Source of the DNA: an uncultured bacterium
GTDB lineage: Bacteria; UBP4; UBA4092
Assembly (NCBI GenBank): GCA_964644695.1
Contig: CAZXWN010000001.1
Coordinates: 704,805-768,804 of the forward strand
DNA: 64,000 bases
Direction of reading: 5' to 3'
The first letter of the stretch is position 1. Each line of letters starts with the position of its first letter. Made by a program: the position numbers and the translations under genes. Below, in pieces: positions 1 through 9,220 of the stretch. The notes under the pieces were generated by a model, which searched no databases, had not been told where the DNA came from, and saw nothing but the letters and a program-made list of their open reading frames with translations.

Positions 1-1
1 T

Positions 2-1696
2 ACTTATGATGCGAAATTACCCAAAGGGGTTGTTGCCACCTATAAGGGTGGAAAAATAACATCAAATGAATTTGAAAAACATCTTAGGACTCTTCCGATG
101 GGTACATGGTTTAATCCCATGGAACGAAATAACAAAACGCCTATGGTGGAAGAATTAAAACAATTCGTACAATATAAATTGATTTATCCTCAAGCAATTA
201 AGGACAAGATTGATCAGATTAATGTTAATAAATGGGCAATTTCAATGACCGAAGATTCCAAAATCTTAAACAAACTATATGATCAGGAAGTAAGGTCAAA
301 AATTGCAGTTACTGAACAAGATGCACAGGAATACTACAATACACATAAACAGGAATTTGAAATTCCAGAATACTATAAAATACGGAATATTTTTGTAGAT
401 TTATCAACAACAAAGCGACCAACAGAGGCAGACAGACAAGAAGGATTATCAAAGATCAATAAAGCTTATTCCAAACTAAAAACAGGGGCAAATTTTATTG
501 ATGTTGCGAAAGAGTTTTCTGAGGACGACATATCTACCCGAGGAGAAGTAAAGGGTGAGTTTCTGACAAAGGACATACCTAATGCTCCAAAAAAACGGCT
601 AGCATTTCCCCTGGAAAGTGCAGCAATCAACATAAAACCAGGTGAATACACCAGTGTTTTAACCACTTCCAAAGGCTACCATATTTTGTACTTGGAAGAG
701 CATCGGTTAGGTTTTATTAACCCCTTTGAAGAAGTAAAATCAGCAGCCTTGGATCGCGTGAAAGTTGAGAAGGCTCCAAAACTTCAGAATGCAGTTGTTA
801 GCCAAGCAACCACCTCAGTAAAACTAACAATCAATTACGACATCCTTAAAGATACAACGGCATCTTCTGACAATAAAATACTTATAGATTCACCATATCG
901 TAAAATAAGTTTCGGTGAGTTCAAATTCCGTGTGGCACGAACAGCAATGGTGTCTCCAAATGAATATAAGGATTTTCTAGACAAGTCTAATTTTTTAATG
1001 TTATTACAATTAGCTGATTATGGACGGATATTAAAAATCAACAAAGAAGCAAGTGTAATAGACGACATTGCGGGTTATAAAACAAAATTCTTGGCTGAGC
1101 AATGGCTCTCAAAAAAGATTAATGAACAAGTAAAAATAACGGACACTGATGTAAAAAACTATTATGATCAAAACACCGGTCGGTTTATGACAGGGAAAGA
1201 ATACTTAGCCCGACAGATTTACATCAAATTTGATAAAAATTCTCAAAACAGATCAGAATTGATGACACAATCAAAAGCAACAATAGATATGGTACTTCAA
1301 AAACTAAAAAATGGAACAGATTTTAGCGACTTAGCAAGGCAATACTCTAGTATCGACAATGCAAAAAATGGCGGACTAGTGGAATGGACGCAACAAGGAC
1401 CTCAGGGAAGAATATTTGACATGACCATAAGTAAAATGACTGTAGGACAAATATCTGATGTCGTTCCAATGCCTGATGGATTCCAAATAATAAAACTTGA
1501 GAACATTAGGGGGCCTTTCCAAATGACCTTCGAAGAAAGTCAGGATAAAGCTCGTAGTTATGTAACCGCTGAAAGGCAGTATGATACTTTAACAAAAGTT
1601 AAAATAAACATTCTGAAGAGTGGATATTTCAAATACGACTCAACCCAGTTGAGTGAATTATTTGACAGAATAATTAACAAATCAGGAACAAAATAG
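2..1696 (+). CDS. PrsA/SurA-like peptidyl-prolyl cis-trans isomerase foldase with two parvulin domains (5' truncated by window)
   Basis: Frame is open from position 2 (TYDAKLPKGVVATYKGGKIT...), so the start lies upstream of the window; two rotamase-like segments (GANFIDVAKEFSED...KGYHIL; GTDFSDLARQYS...DGFQIIKL). Confidence 0.85.
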   Translation, partial: TYDAKLPKGVVATYKGGKITSNEFEKHLRTLPMGTWFNPMERNNKTPMVEELKQFVQYKLIYPQAIKDKIDQINVNKWAISMTEDSKILNKLYDQEVRSKIAVTEQDAQEYYNTHKQEFEIPEYYKIRNIFVDLSTTKRPTEADRQEGLSKINKAYSKLKTGANFIDVAKEFSEDDISTRGEVKGEFLTKDIPNAPKKRLAFPLESAAINIKPGEYTSVLTTSKGYHILYLEEHRLGFINPFEEVKSAALDRVKVEKAPKLQNAVVSQATTSVKLTINYDILKDTTASSDNKILIDSPYRKISFGEFKFRVARTAMVSPNEYKDFLDKSNFLMLLQLADYGRILKINKEASVIDDIAGYKTKFLAEQWLSKKINEQVKITDTDVKNYYDQNTGRFMTGKEYLARQIYIKFDKNSQNRSELMTQSKATIDMVLQKLKNGTDFSDLARQYSSIDNAKNGGLVEWTQQGPQGRIFDMTISKMTVGQISDVVPMPDGFQIIKLENIRGPFQMTFEESQDKARSYVTAERQYDTLTKVKINILKSGYFKYDSTQLSELFDRIINKSGTK

Positions 1697-1717
1697 ATTG
1701 TTTATCAAAATAATAGT

Positions 1718-1753
1718 TAAAATAAGGGGCCGACTATTCGGTCCCTTATTTTA
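1718..1753 (+). terminator. Intrinsic terminator-like hairpin
   Basis: aaataaggggccga-ctat-tcggtcccttatttt inverted repeat immediately after the foldase stop codon. Confidence 0.7.
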
Positions 1754-1818
1754 TTGATATTGTATAACAGAGTTTAATGTGATAATTTAACGATGAGAAT
1801 GAATTATCGGAGCGAAAC

Positions 1819-3519
1819 ATGTCGGACGCTTTTGTGAAAAGAATTGGTGAACTTCTTATTGAATCGCAGTTAATTTCACCTGCAAATTTAGAAGAAGCTC
1901 TTGAATATCAAAAACTAGAGTATAAACCCTTGGGTAAGATATTAGTTGAAATGAATTATATTACTCAAGAGGACTTAGACAGTGTTTTAAAAAAACACCT
2001 AATCACTATTTATGTGAACCCAAGAACTTTTACAGTTCGTAATCCTGAATTATTAGTTAAAATCCCCAAAGATGTTGCATATAAATGGAATTGTATTCCA
2101 TATGATATTATTGGAGATGAACTGTCTGTTGTAATGGAAAATCCATATAATATTGACGCTTTGATTGAATTGCATGATGTATCCCAGATGAGGATTAGAC
2201 CACTCCGGGCAGATTCTATAGCCATTTCCGAGGTTTTGAACCGTATCTATGATAAACAGGAAGAATTTGATGAAACCTTGAACGAGGAAACTCCACAGGA
2301 AATAGCTGCAGACACGGATGTTCTAACACCACTTTCTTTTGATGTAACACCTGAATTACCTTCATTAAATGAAAATGATGCTTTTAAAGATTTATTCAAA
2401 AACCTTGGTTTAGACTCAAGTGATAATGCAATAAACGATATATTAAGCTCAACTATCAGCGAAGATTTCGAACTTCCCCCAATTAATGATAGTGATACTA
2501 ATATTTCCGATGAAAAAGTTGCCAATACAAAAGATGAATTAGAAGACACAATTACTAATAACACTAATATTGACATACCAGAAATCACACTTGAGAACAA
2601 TCCAATTCCTATAGAAGAACATCAAGCCTCATCAGAAGAAAAGACTGAAACTCAACGACCATGGAGTGTAATTCCTCAAGAACAAATTGCTTTTGGTGAG
2701 GATTCGGTAAAAAAACACGAGAGCAAACTACCCATATCATATCTAACATTCGATAACTTTGTTGTAGCACCAAGCAACCAATTAGCTTGGGCTGCTGCAC
2801 AAAACGTTGTTGCACAACCTGGCGTAGGGTTTAATCCATTGTTTATTTACGGTGGCGTCGGGCTTGGGAAAACCCACTTATCAAATGCAATAGGAAATGC
2901 TTTAGCAAAAAAATACCCTAAAGCAAAGATTAGTTATATATCTATTGATACTTTTGTTCGAGAATTAATTGATGCTGTTGAACATGGTGATTTAAAAAAC
3001 TTTCGAGCTCGATACCGTAATTTGGATTTGTTGCTAGTAGATGATGTCCAGTTTTTGAGCGGTCAGGAGAGAACACAGGAAGAATTTTTCTATGTTTTCG
3101 AACAATTATACAGATCTAATGGTCAGATGGTAATAACTTCGGATAGGCTCCCCAGACAAATAGATAAACTAGAAGATCGCCTAAGATCTCGATTCGAAGG
3201 TGGTTTATTAGTTGATGTTCAAATTCCTGACCTGGAGACAAGAATCGCCATATTTAGAAAAAAAATCGCAGCTCGCGGCATGGAAGTTGATGATAATGTT
3301 GCACGATTAGTTGCCACAAGACTAGCGTCCAATATAAGAGAATTAGAGGGTGTTGCAAATCGAATACTAGCACAATGCCAGTTAATGCAAGAACCTATAT
3401 CCGCAGAAATGGTTCAGCAAATTCTTGAAACTGTGGCACCTACTGAAACAATACAAAAACAACCAACCAATCCAGTGGTAACAAAACCAGGGTCTCTACC
3501 TTCAGAAGGTTTTCGCTAG
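1819..3519 (+). CDS. MshEN (T2SSE_N) domain fused to DnaA-family AAA+ domain; DnaA/Hda-like protein lacking domains I and IV
   Basis: N-terminus RIGELLIESQLISPANLEEALEYQ...PLGKILVEMNYIT resembles MshEN of PilB/GspE; C-terminal half has TFDNFVV, NPLFIYGGVGLGKTHL, LLLVDDVQFL, TQEEFF, TSDR, RLRSRFEGGL, NIRELEG; protein ends with no HTH domain IV. Confidence 0.85.
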   Translation: MSDAFVKRIGELLIESQLISPANLEEALEYQKLEYKPLGKILVEMNYITQEDLDSVLKKHLITIYVNPRTFTVRNPELLVKIPKDVAYKWNCIPYDIIGDELSVVMENPYNIDALIELHDVSQMRIRPLRADSIAISEVLNRIYDKQEEFDETLNEETPQEIAADTDVLTPLSFDVTPELPSLNENDAFKDLFKNLGLDSSDNAINDILSSTISEDFELPPINDSDTNISDEKVANTKDELEDTITNNTNIDIPEITLENNPIPIEEHQASSEEKTETQRPWSVIPQEQIAFGEDSVKKHESKLPISYLTFDNFVVAPSNQLAWAAAQNVVAQPGVGFNPLFIYGGVGLGKTHLSNAIGNALAKKYPKAKISYISIDTFVRELIDAVEHGDLKNFRARYRNLDLLLVDDVQFLSGQERTQEEFFYVFEQLYRSNGQMVITSDRLPRQIDKLEDRLRSRFEGGLLVDVQIPDLETRIAIFRKKIAARGMEVDDNVARLVATRLASNIRELEGVANRILAQCQLMQEPISAEMVQQILETVAPTETIQKQPTNPVVTKPGSLPSEGFR

Positions 3520-3603
3520 TTAATCTAGTATAATTGACATGAACTTTTTATGATGATAATTTGATTGTTATTGATAAATTATTATTTACCACTAATCATT
3601 TGA

Positions 3604-4929
3604 ATGAAACAATTATTTTATAAAACATTTTTGTTGTTAATTTTACAATATGTCCTCACTAACAATGTGTTGGCTGCCCGTATTCTCTTACTAAACGGCA
3701 ATGAACTTCTGGGAGAAATCCTGACACAAACTGATACCCACATTGAGTTGCAGATGGGCACATCTCGTATATTACTAAAATTAGAACAAATCAAATCAAT
3801 TGACCAAGAAGAGGGCGAAACATACTTAAAAAATGGAAAAAAAGCCCTTGAAAAAAAAGATTATTATTCTGCAAAGAACTATTTCTTAAAAGCACTCCAT
3901 AACGATCCACATAACACCGCCATTCAACAACTTCTTGATGAGGTTGAATTTTCTGAAATAGAACAAACAAGTATTTTTCCAATTATTAAAAATCTCAAAA
4001 AAGATGATTTAACCTCATATCGTAATGCACTTATTTCACTCGATGATATAAAAAATAAGGAAAGATTCAAGCCATTTATATCTCACCTGAATCAAATAAT
4101 TGCAGACGTTAAAGCCGAATATGCTCAAGCTCTTTACGATAGAACATGGAATGATGAGGCATTTAAACAACTTAGAGAAGCGTATAGAGCATATCCATTT
4201 AGTGAAAAATTTCATAAAGCTGTTGCTCACATTCAAAAACAGATGGGTAATATGACATATGCACAGGAAGAGGAAAATTTAGGTAATAAGATAATCGCTG
4301 ATGCCGATATTGAATATGAAGCTATTGACCAAATAAATCAGGACATTCAAAATGATATTCCCACTGAAGCATATTGGATGGAGCTAGCGCGACATGGAAG
4401 ACAATACAGGACTGAAATAAAAAATGAAACAGAATATGCAAGTATCCTTACCAAAAGGCAGATGAGTTTATTGTTACAAGCATATAATGCCGGTCCAGGG
4501 GCAGTTGTAGCCTATGATGGATATGTTCCTTATCGTGAAACAATAAAATATGTCAAAAGAATCGCAGGTTATATGGAAAGTCCTCCAAATCACAAACTAT
4601 ATGATGATTTAGTAGTAAAATTTTCTAAAAAACACGGACTAGATTCTAATCTGGTACGTTGTTTAATAAAAGCCGAGTCTGGTTATAATACCAAAGCACA
4701 CTCAAACAAAGATGCAAGAGGTTTAATGCAAATAACATATGGTGCATGGAAACATTCAACGAAGAAAATGGGAGTTAATTGGGACTATTATTCAAGTTGG
4801 AATGATCCAGAAAAAAATATAGATGTTGGTTGTGGATATCTTAGTTGGCTACAAAATAATTATCTACCAAAGTTCTTTACGGATATGCGTGTTAATAGCA
4901 CTCAAAAGCTATCAAAAGCAAACAATTAA
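3604..4929 (+). CDS. Secreted TPR-containing lytic transglycosylase (SLT/GH23) with permuted motif order
   Basis: Hydrophobic signal peptide, TPR-like helices (YLKNGKKALEKKDYYSAKNYFLKALHNDPHN), SLT motifs AYNAG, ETIKYV, AES, GLMQI, DPEKNI. Confidence 0.8.
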   Translation: MKQLFYKTFLLLILQYVLTNNVLAARILLLNGNELLGEILTQTDTHIELQMGTSRILLKLEQIKSIDQEEGETYLKNGKKALEKKDYYSAKNYFLKALHNDPHNTAIQQLLDEVEFSEIEQTSIFPIIKNLKKDDLTSYRNALISLDDIKNKERFKPFISHLNQIIADVKAEYAQALYDRTWNDEAFKQLREAYRAYPFSEKFHKAVAHIQKQMGNMTYAQEEENLGNKIIADADIEYEAIDQINQDIQNDIPTEAYWMELARHGRQYRTEIKNETEYASILTKRQMSLLLQAYNAGPGAVVAYDGYVPYRETIKYVKRIAGYMESPPNHKLYDDLVVKFSKKHGLDSNLVRCLIKAESGYNTKAHSNKDARGLMQITYGAWKHSTKKMGVNWDYYSSWNDPEKNIDVGCGYLSWLQNNYLPKFFTDMRVNSTQKLSKANN

Positions 4930-4950
4930 ATATGGAATATTGTTGAGTTC

Positions 4951-7362
4951 TTATCTTGATTCATCAGGAACATATTCTTCTTCAATTGAGTATGCACACT
5001 CCTTAAAGTAACATTTTGTAATTTTCTTTGTTTTTCTATTAACCTCAATTACAAAAGGCGCACCACAAACTGGACAAGGCTTTAAAATTGGTTTATAGGA
5101 AAGTATAAATTTACATTTTGGATAGTTACTACACCCATAAAACTTTCCACGCTTAGATACTCTTTCAATTAAATCCCCAGTACAGTTGGGTTGAGGACAT
5201 TTAACGCCAGTTGTTGAGGGTTTAATATATTTACATTTCGGATAATTTGAACATGCTACAAATGGTCCATATTTGCCAATCCGAACAACCATATCCGAAG
5301 CACATTTGGGACATTTTTCGCCTGTAGGTTGAGGCTGGTTGATGTTAACTTTTTTTTCACCAGTATTTAGTACAGAATTGGTTTCCGTACAAGAATAGTA
5401 AGAAGAACATACAGGCTTAATTTTCCCATCATCCTCAAACTTCAACACAACGGGTTTTCCACATTTATCACAATTTCCCAAATTCAATGTGTTTGAACAG
5501 TCAGGATAACCGATACAACCCATAAAAGCACTCCCAAAAGAACCAAAACGAACCATAAATGGATTTCCACACTGTTCACATACTTTATCAGACACAATCA
5601 ATGAATTCTTTTTTAGTTCCTTTATGTGTTCTGGAAATTTATCAAGAGCTTTTTTAAATGGATCATAAAATTCCTGAAGTACATTACCCCACTCCATTTT
5701 TCCATCTTCAATTTCATCAAGATCATCTTCCATATGAGCAGTAAATTTAACATTCAATATTTCAGGGAAACATTGGATTAGGAACCTATTTAAGACCTGT
5801 CCTAATACTGTTGGATAAAATCGTTTTTCAAGTTTTGAAACATATTTTCGCGTTATTATTGTGTCAATAATTGCTGCATATGTGCTTGGGCGACCAATCC
5901 CCCGTTCTTCCAAATCTTTAACTAAGGTAGCTTCGTTATATCGCGGAGGAGGTTCAGTAGTATGTTGTTTTGATTCCAGTTTTATTAAATCCACATTTTG
6001 GTTTATTTCTAAATCAGGTAGTAATCCTTGAGTTTCCCCTTCTTTATCCTGAACATCTTCATCATCTTTTGCTTCAATATAAACTTGTAAAAAACCAGGG
6101 AAGGTTATGACAGTACCCGTTGCACGAAATATATATTCTTTTGCTGAAATATCTACTGAAGTAACATTGACTTCTGCAGCTTTCATTTGGCATGCAACAA
6201 ACCTATCCCAAATAAGTTTGTATAGTTTATATTGATCTGTTGATAAATTCTTTTTAATAGCGTCAGGCTCTCTATTAAAACCTGTTGGGCGTATTGCTTC
6301 ATGAGCATCTTGCACATTATCTTTTTTCCCCTTAAATTGCCGAGGATGAGTATCCAAGAAAATATCGCCATATTTCGATTTAATATAATTCCTAACCAAC
6401 GAAATTGCTTCACCAGAAATTCGGGTAGAATCAGTACGCATATAAGTTATTAAACCAACAATACCTTCATTACCAATTTCAATACCTTCATATAATTCCT
6501 GAGCTATCCGCATAGTTCTAGAGGCAGTAAATCCCAGTTTCCGTGAGGCATCTTGTTGAAGTGTACTCGTAATAAATGGTGCAGAGGGGTTTCTAAGCTG
6601 CCGCTTCTTAGTAATATCAGAAACTTGGTATTGAACTCCTGCCAAATCCGTTACTATATTTTTAATTTCAGACTCACTGGATATGAAATGAGCGCCCTTT
6701 TCTAAAGGCGTTCCAATTTTCTGATCACCACGGCGTATCAATTTTGCGTCAAATTCTTTATCATGGGCTTTTAAATGAGCTAATAAAGACCAATATTCTT
6801 GGGGTACAAACCGCTGGATGGCTTCTTCGCGTTCACAAATCAGGCGAACAGCGACGGATTGAACTCTACCTGCAGATTTACCACCACGAATGTTTCTCCA
6901 TAAAACTGGACTTATCTCATAACCAACAAGACGATCCATAATCCGCCTTGCCTGTTGTGCATTAAATCTTTTTTCATCTAACTGCCCCGGATGAGCAATA
7001 GCTTCAGTTACAGCAGATTTAGTTATTTCATTAAAAACAACCCGATAAATTGGCTTTTTTAAGGCCTTTAATTCACTAGCAATATGCCATCCAATAGCTT
7101 CCCCTTCACGATCAGGGTCTGTAGCTATATAAATAGTATCCGAAGATGCTGCTAAGCCCTTAAGATCTTTGAGCACCTTCTTCTGTTTCAAATCTGCTAC
7201 ATATTCGGGAATAAAACTGTTATTAACATCAACGCCCATGTCTTTTTTGGGAAGGTCTTTCACATGGCCCATAGAAGCCTTTACTTTATAATCAGAACCT
7301 AATATTTTATTGATTGTTTTTTCTTTTGCGGGAGATTCAACAATAACAAGTGATTTAGTCAT
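4951..7362 (-). CDS. topA: DNA topoisomerase I
   Basis: LVIVESPAK, ATDPDREGEAI, SAGRVQS, LITYMRTDS, GIGRPSTYA, C-terminal C4 zinc ribbons. Confidence 0.97.
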   Translation of the reverse strand: MTKSLVIVESPAKEKTINKILGSDYKVKASMGHVKDLPKKDMGVDVNNSFIPEYVADLKQKKVLKDLKGLAASSDTIYIATDPDREGEAIGWHIASELKALKKPIYRVVFNEITKSAVTEAIAHPGQLDEKRFNAQQARRIMDRLVGYEISPVLWRNIRGGKSAGRVQSVAVRLICEREEAIQRFVPQEYWSLLAHLKAHDKEFDAKLIRRGDQKIGTPLEKGAHFISSESEIKNIVTDLAGVQYQVSDITKKRQLRNPSAPFITSTLQQDASRKLGFTASRTMRIAQELYEGIEIGNEGIVGLITYMRTDSTRISGEAISLVRNYIKSKYGDIFLDTHPRQFKGKKDNVQDAHEAIRPTGFNREPDAIKKNLSTDQYKLYKLIWDRFVACQMKAAEVNVTSVDISAKEYIFRATGTVITFPGFLQVYIEAKDDEDVQDKEGETQGLLPDLEINQNVDLIKLESKQHTTEPPPRYNEATLVKDLEERGIGRPSTYAAIIDTIITRKYVSKLEKRFYPTVLGQVLNRFLIQCFPEILNVKFTAHMEDDLDEIEDGKMEWGNVLQEFYDPFKKALDKFPEHIKELKKNSLIVSDKVCEQCGNPFMVRFGSFGSAFMGCIGYPDCSNTLNLGNCDKCGKPVVLKFEDDGKIKPVCSSYYSCTETNSVLNTGEKKVNINQPQPTGEKCPKCASDMVVRIGKYGPFVACSNYPKCKYIKPSTTGVKCPQPNCTGDLIERVSKRGKFYGCSNYPKCKFILSYKPILKPCPVCGAPFVIEVNRKTKKITKCYFKECAYSIEEEYVPDESR

Positions 7363-7482
7363 ATTTGGATTTCACTCCATATCATAATATTCATGTTATA
7401 TAACCTATCTTACCTGCTCTTTATAAGATTAAGGTAGGAATTTAATTGTAACAAAGCTAGGGAAATGTTCAATAGAATCTAT

Positions 7483-8613
7483 TTATATTAGTTTTTCATA
7501 AGACTTACCGGGATTCTGGCGAACTAACAAGGTAAGTTCTAATTTTAAAAGAGGTTGTGCTAATTCATGCGGATATTTATCTAGCTTTTCGGCCAATATA
7601 TCAATATGTAGCGGTCCTTCATTGAGTGCAAGTAAAATATTCCTTTCCAATTCAGAAAGGTGATTGGGGAGGATGGCATTTTTTTCAATATCTCTTTCAT
7701 GAGTAGAGGTAACATCCATATTTCTATTAACTGGAAGCTTGGGAAGCAATTCAACTAAGACATCTTGACTTGTCTCTATCATCTTTGCTCCATCACGAAT
7801 CAATCGATTACTACCACGACTAGATAGTGATGTCATGTTTCCGGGTACAGCAAATACTTCCCTGTTTTGTTGAAGAGCGTAATCGGCAGTTATTAATGCA
7901 CCACTCTTCTCTCGAGCTTCAATTACCAATACACCAAGAGACAAACCGCTGACAAGGCGATTTCTAACCGGAAAATTATGAGGAAGAGGTGGAGTTCCAA
8001 TTGGAAATTCAGAAATAACTGCACACTGTTGAACTATCCGTTCATACAATGGTTTATTCTCAGGAGGATAAATCACATCAATTCCACTCCCCAAGACAGC
8101 AATAGTTCTTCCTCCTTGTTCAAGGGCTGCCGTATGAGCTATAGAATCGATTCCTCTAGCCATTCCACTAACAATAGTTAATCCGGACTGAGATAACTCT
8201 CCTGCCAGCATTTTAGTAACTTGTAACCCGTATGATGATGTATTTCTAGAACCTACAATTGCCAAACTATATTTATCTTCATTGACTATATTCCCCGCAC
8301 AATACAAAACTGGCGGAGGGCTGTGTATTTCTTTCAGTAATTCAGGATACTCTGGACTGTCCCAGGTAAAAACCTTAATGTTGTTGTTATTAATATAACT
8401 AACATCTTGTTCAGACGCTAACCAGGCTTTCTCTTTATTTGTAATAATTCTATTTATCAAATCATCCTTGATACCGGCTAATTTCAAAGTATTAAAAGAG
8501 GCATGCAAAACGCCTTCGGGATTATCGAAGGCGTCAATTAAAAATTTAAATCTTGATGGAGTAATACCAGGAATCCGCGCTAGAGCTATCCAGCTCCGGA
8601 TATTATTTTTCAC
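7483..8613 (-). CDS. dprA: DNA-processing protein DprA
   Basis: AIVGSR, IVSGMARGID, FPVRNRLVSGLS, SGALITA, FAVPG; classic dprA-topA synteny. Confidence 0.95.
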   Translation of the reverse strand: MKNNIRSWIALARIPGITPSRFKFLIDAFDNPEGVLHASFNTLKLAGIKDDLINRIITNKEKAWLASEQDVSYINNNNIKVFTWDSPEYPELLKEIHSPPPVLYCAGNIVNEDKYSLAIVGSRNTSSYGLQVTKMLAGELSQSGLTIVSGMARGIDSIAHTAALEQGGRTIAVLGSGIDVIYPPENKPLYERIVQQCAVISEFPIGTPPLPHNFPVRNRLVSGLSLGVLVIEAREKSGALITADYALQQNREVFAVPGNMTSLSSRGSNRLIRDGAKMIETSQDVLVELLPKLPVNRNMDVTSTHERDIEKNAILPNHLSELERNILLALNEGPLHIDILAEKLDKYPHELAQPLLKLELTLLVRQNPGKSYEKLI

Positions 8614-8642
8614 CAGTTAACAACCCTTTCGCTACGTTCTGG

Positions 8643-9203
8643 CTAAAAAAGACTCAGAACGTAGTCCAAACCACCCATCTCAAATATGAAAAATAGAAGA
8701 ATCGCTAAGACCACAAGCATAGCAATAAATTGAACAACCTTAAAAAAGGAATTGTTTTTTCGTGGTTTTACTCTATAAATATCTTTATCAGGCGTATCAA
8801 ATCGCTTTTCTTTGATAAAAAACGACTTTAACCAGTACATGGGATTAAGCTTTTGTTCTTTCACTTCCTGACGATATTCAAGTAGTCCCAAAGTTTCTTG
8901 TATCAAAAGATAGACACTATTCCACTCGTCTTCAATACGCTCGAGAGAAGCAGTGGAAACATTAAGAGCATCCTCTGGTCGATTAATTTTCCCTAATATA
9001 TCTGTAAAAGACTGAGCAATTTCGATATCAAATTCAATATTCTTTAAGAAGACTTTTGTACCTGTAGTTAAGCGTTGTTTTATTTCATGAAGTTCCTGAA
9101 CGTCAGAACTGTGAGCCATTTGTGGATAAAAATACATCCGAAAACGAACCCAGTCAGAACTGAGTATTTCAAACTGCCGAATTGTCTCTTTTAAAGAACT
9201 CAT
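8643..9203 (-). CDS. Hypothetical protein, helical soluble domain with C-terminal transmembrane helix
   Basis: 186-aa ORF tightly packed between pilC and dprA; hydrophobic C-terminus VVQFIAMLVVLAILLFFIF. Confidence 0.7.
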   Translation of the reverse strand: MSSLKETIRQFEILSSDWVRFRMYFYPQMAHSSDVQELHEIKQRLTTGTKVFLKNIEFDIEIAQSFTDILGKINRPEDALNVSTASLERIEDEWNSVYLLIQETLGLLEYRQEVKEQKLNPMYWLKSFFIKEKRFDTPDKDIYRVKPRKNNSFFKVVQFIAMLVVLAILLFFIFEMGGLDYVLSLF

Positions 9204-9220
9204 ATCATTACCCTATCATA

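Noticed and set aside
2677-2700. QIAF just upstream of the AAA+ domain as an Hda-like beta-clamp motif
   Set aside because: Too short and too divergent from QL[SD]LF or QL[SP]LPL to support.
1697-3603. Calling 1819-3519 the chromosomal dnaA with oriC nearby
   Set aside because: No domain IV, no dnaN/recF neighbours, and no TTATCCACA boxes seen in the flanking intergenic regions.
1-9200. More AT-rich left end as a genomic island
   Set aside because: Impression only, not computed; contains core genes topA and dprA and no integrase, tRNA or flanking repeats.
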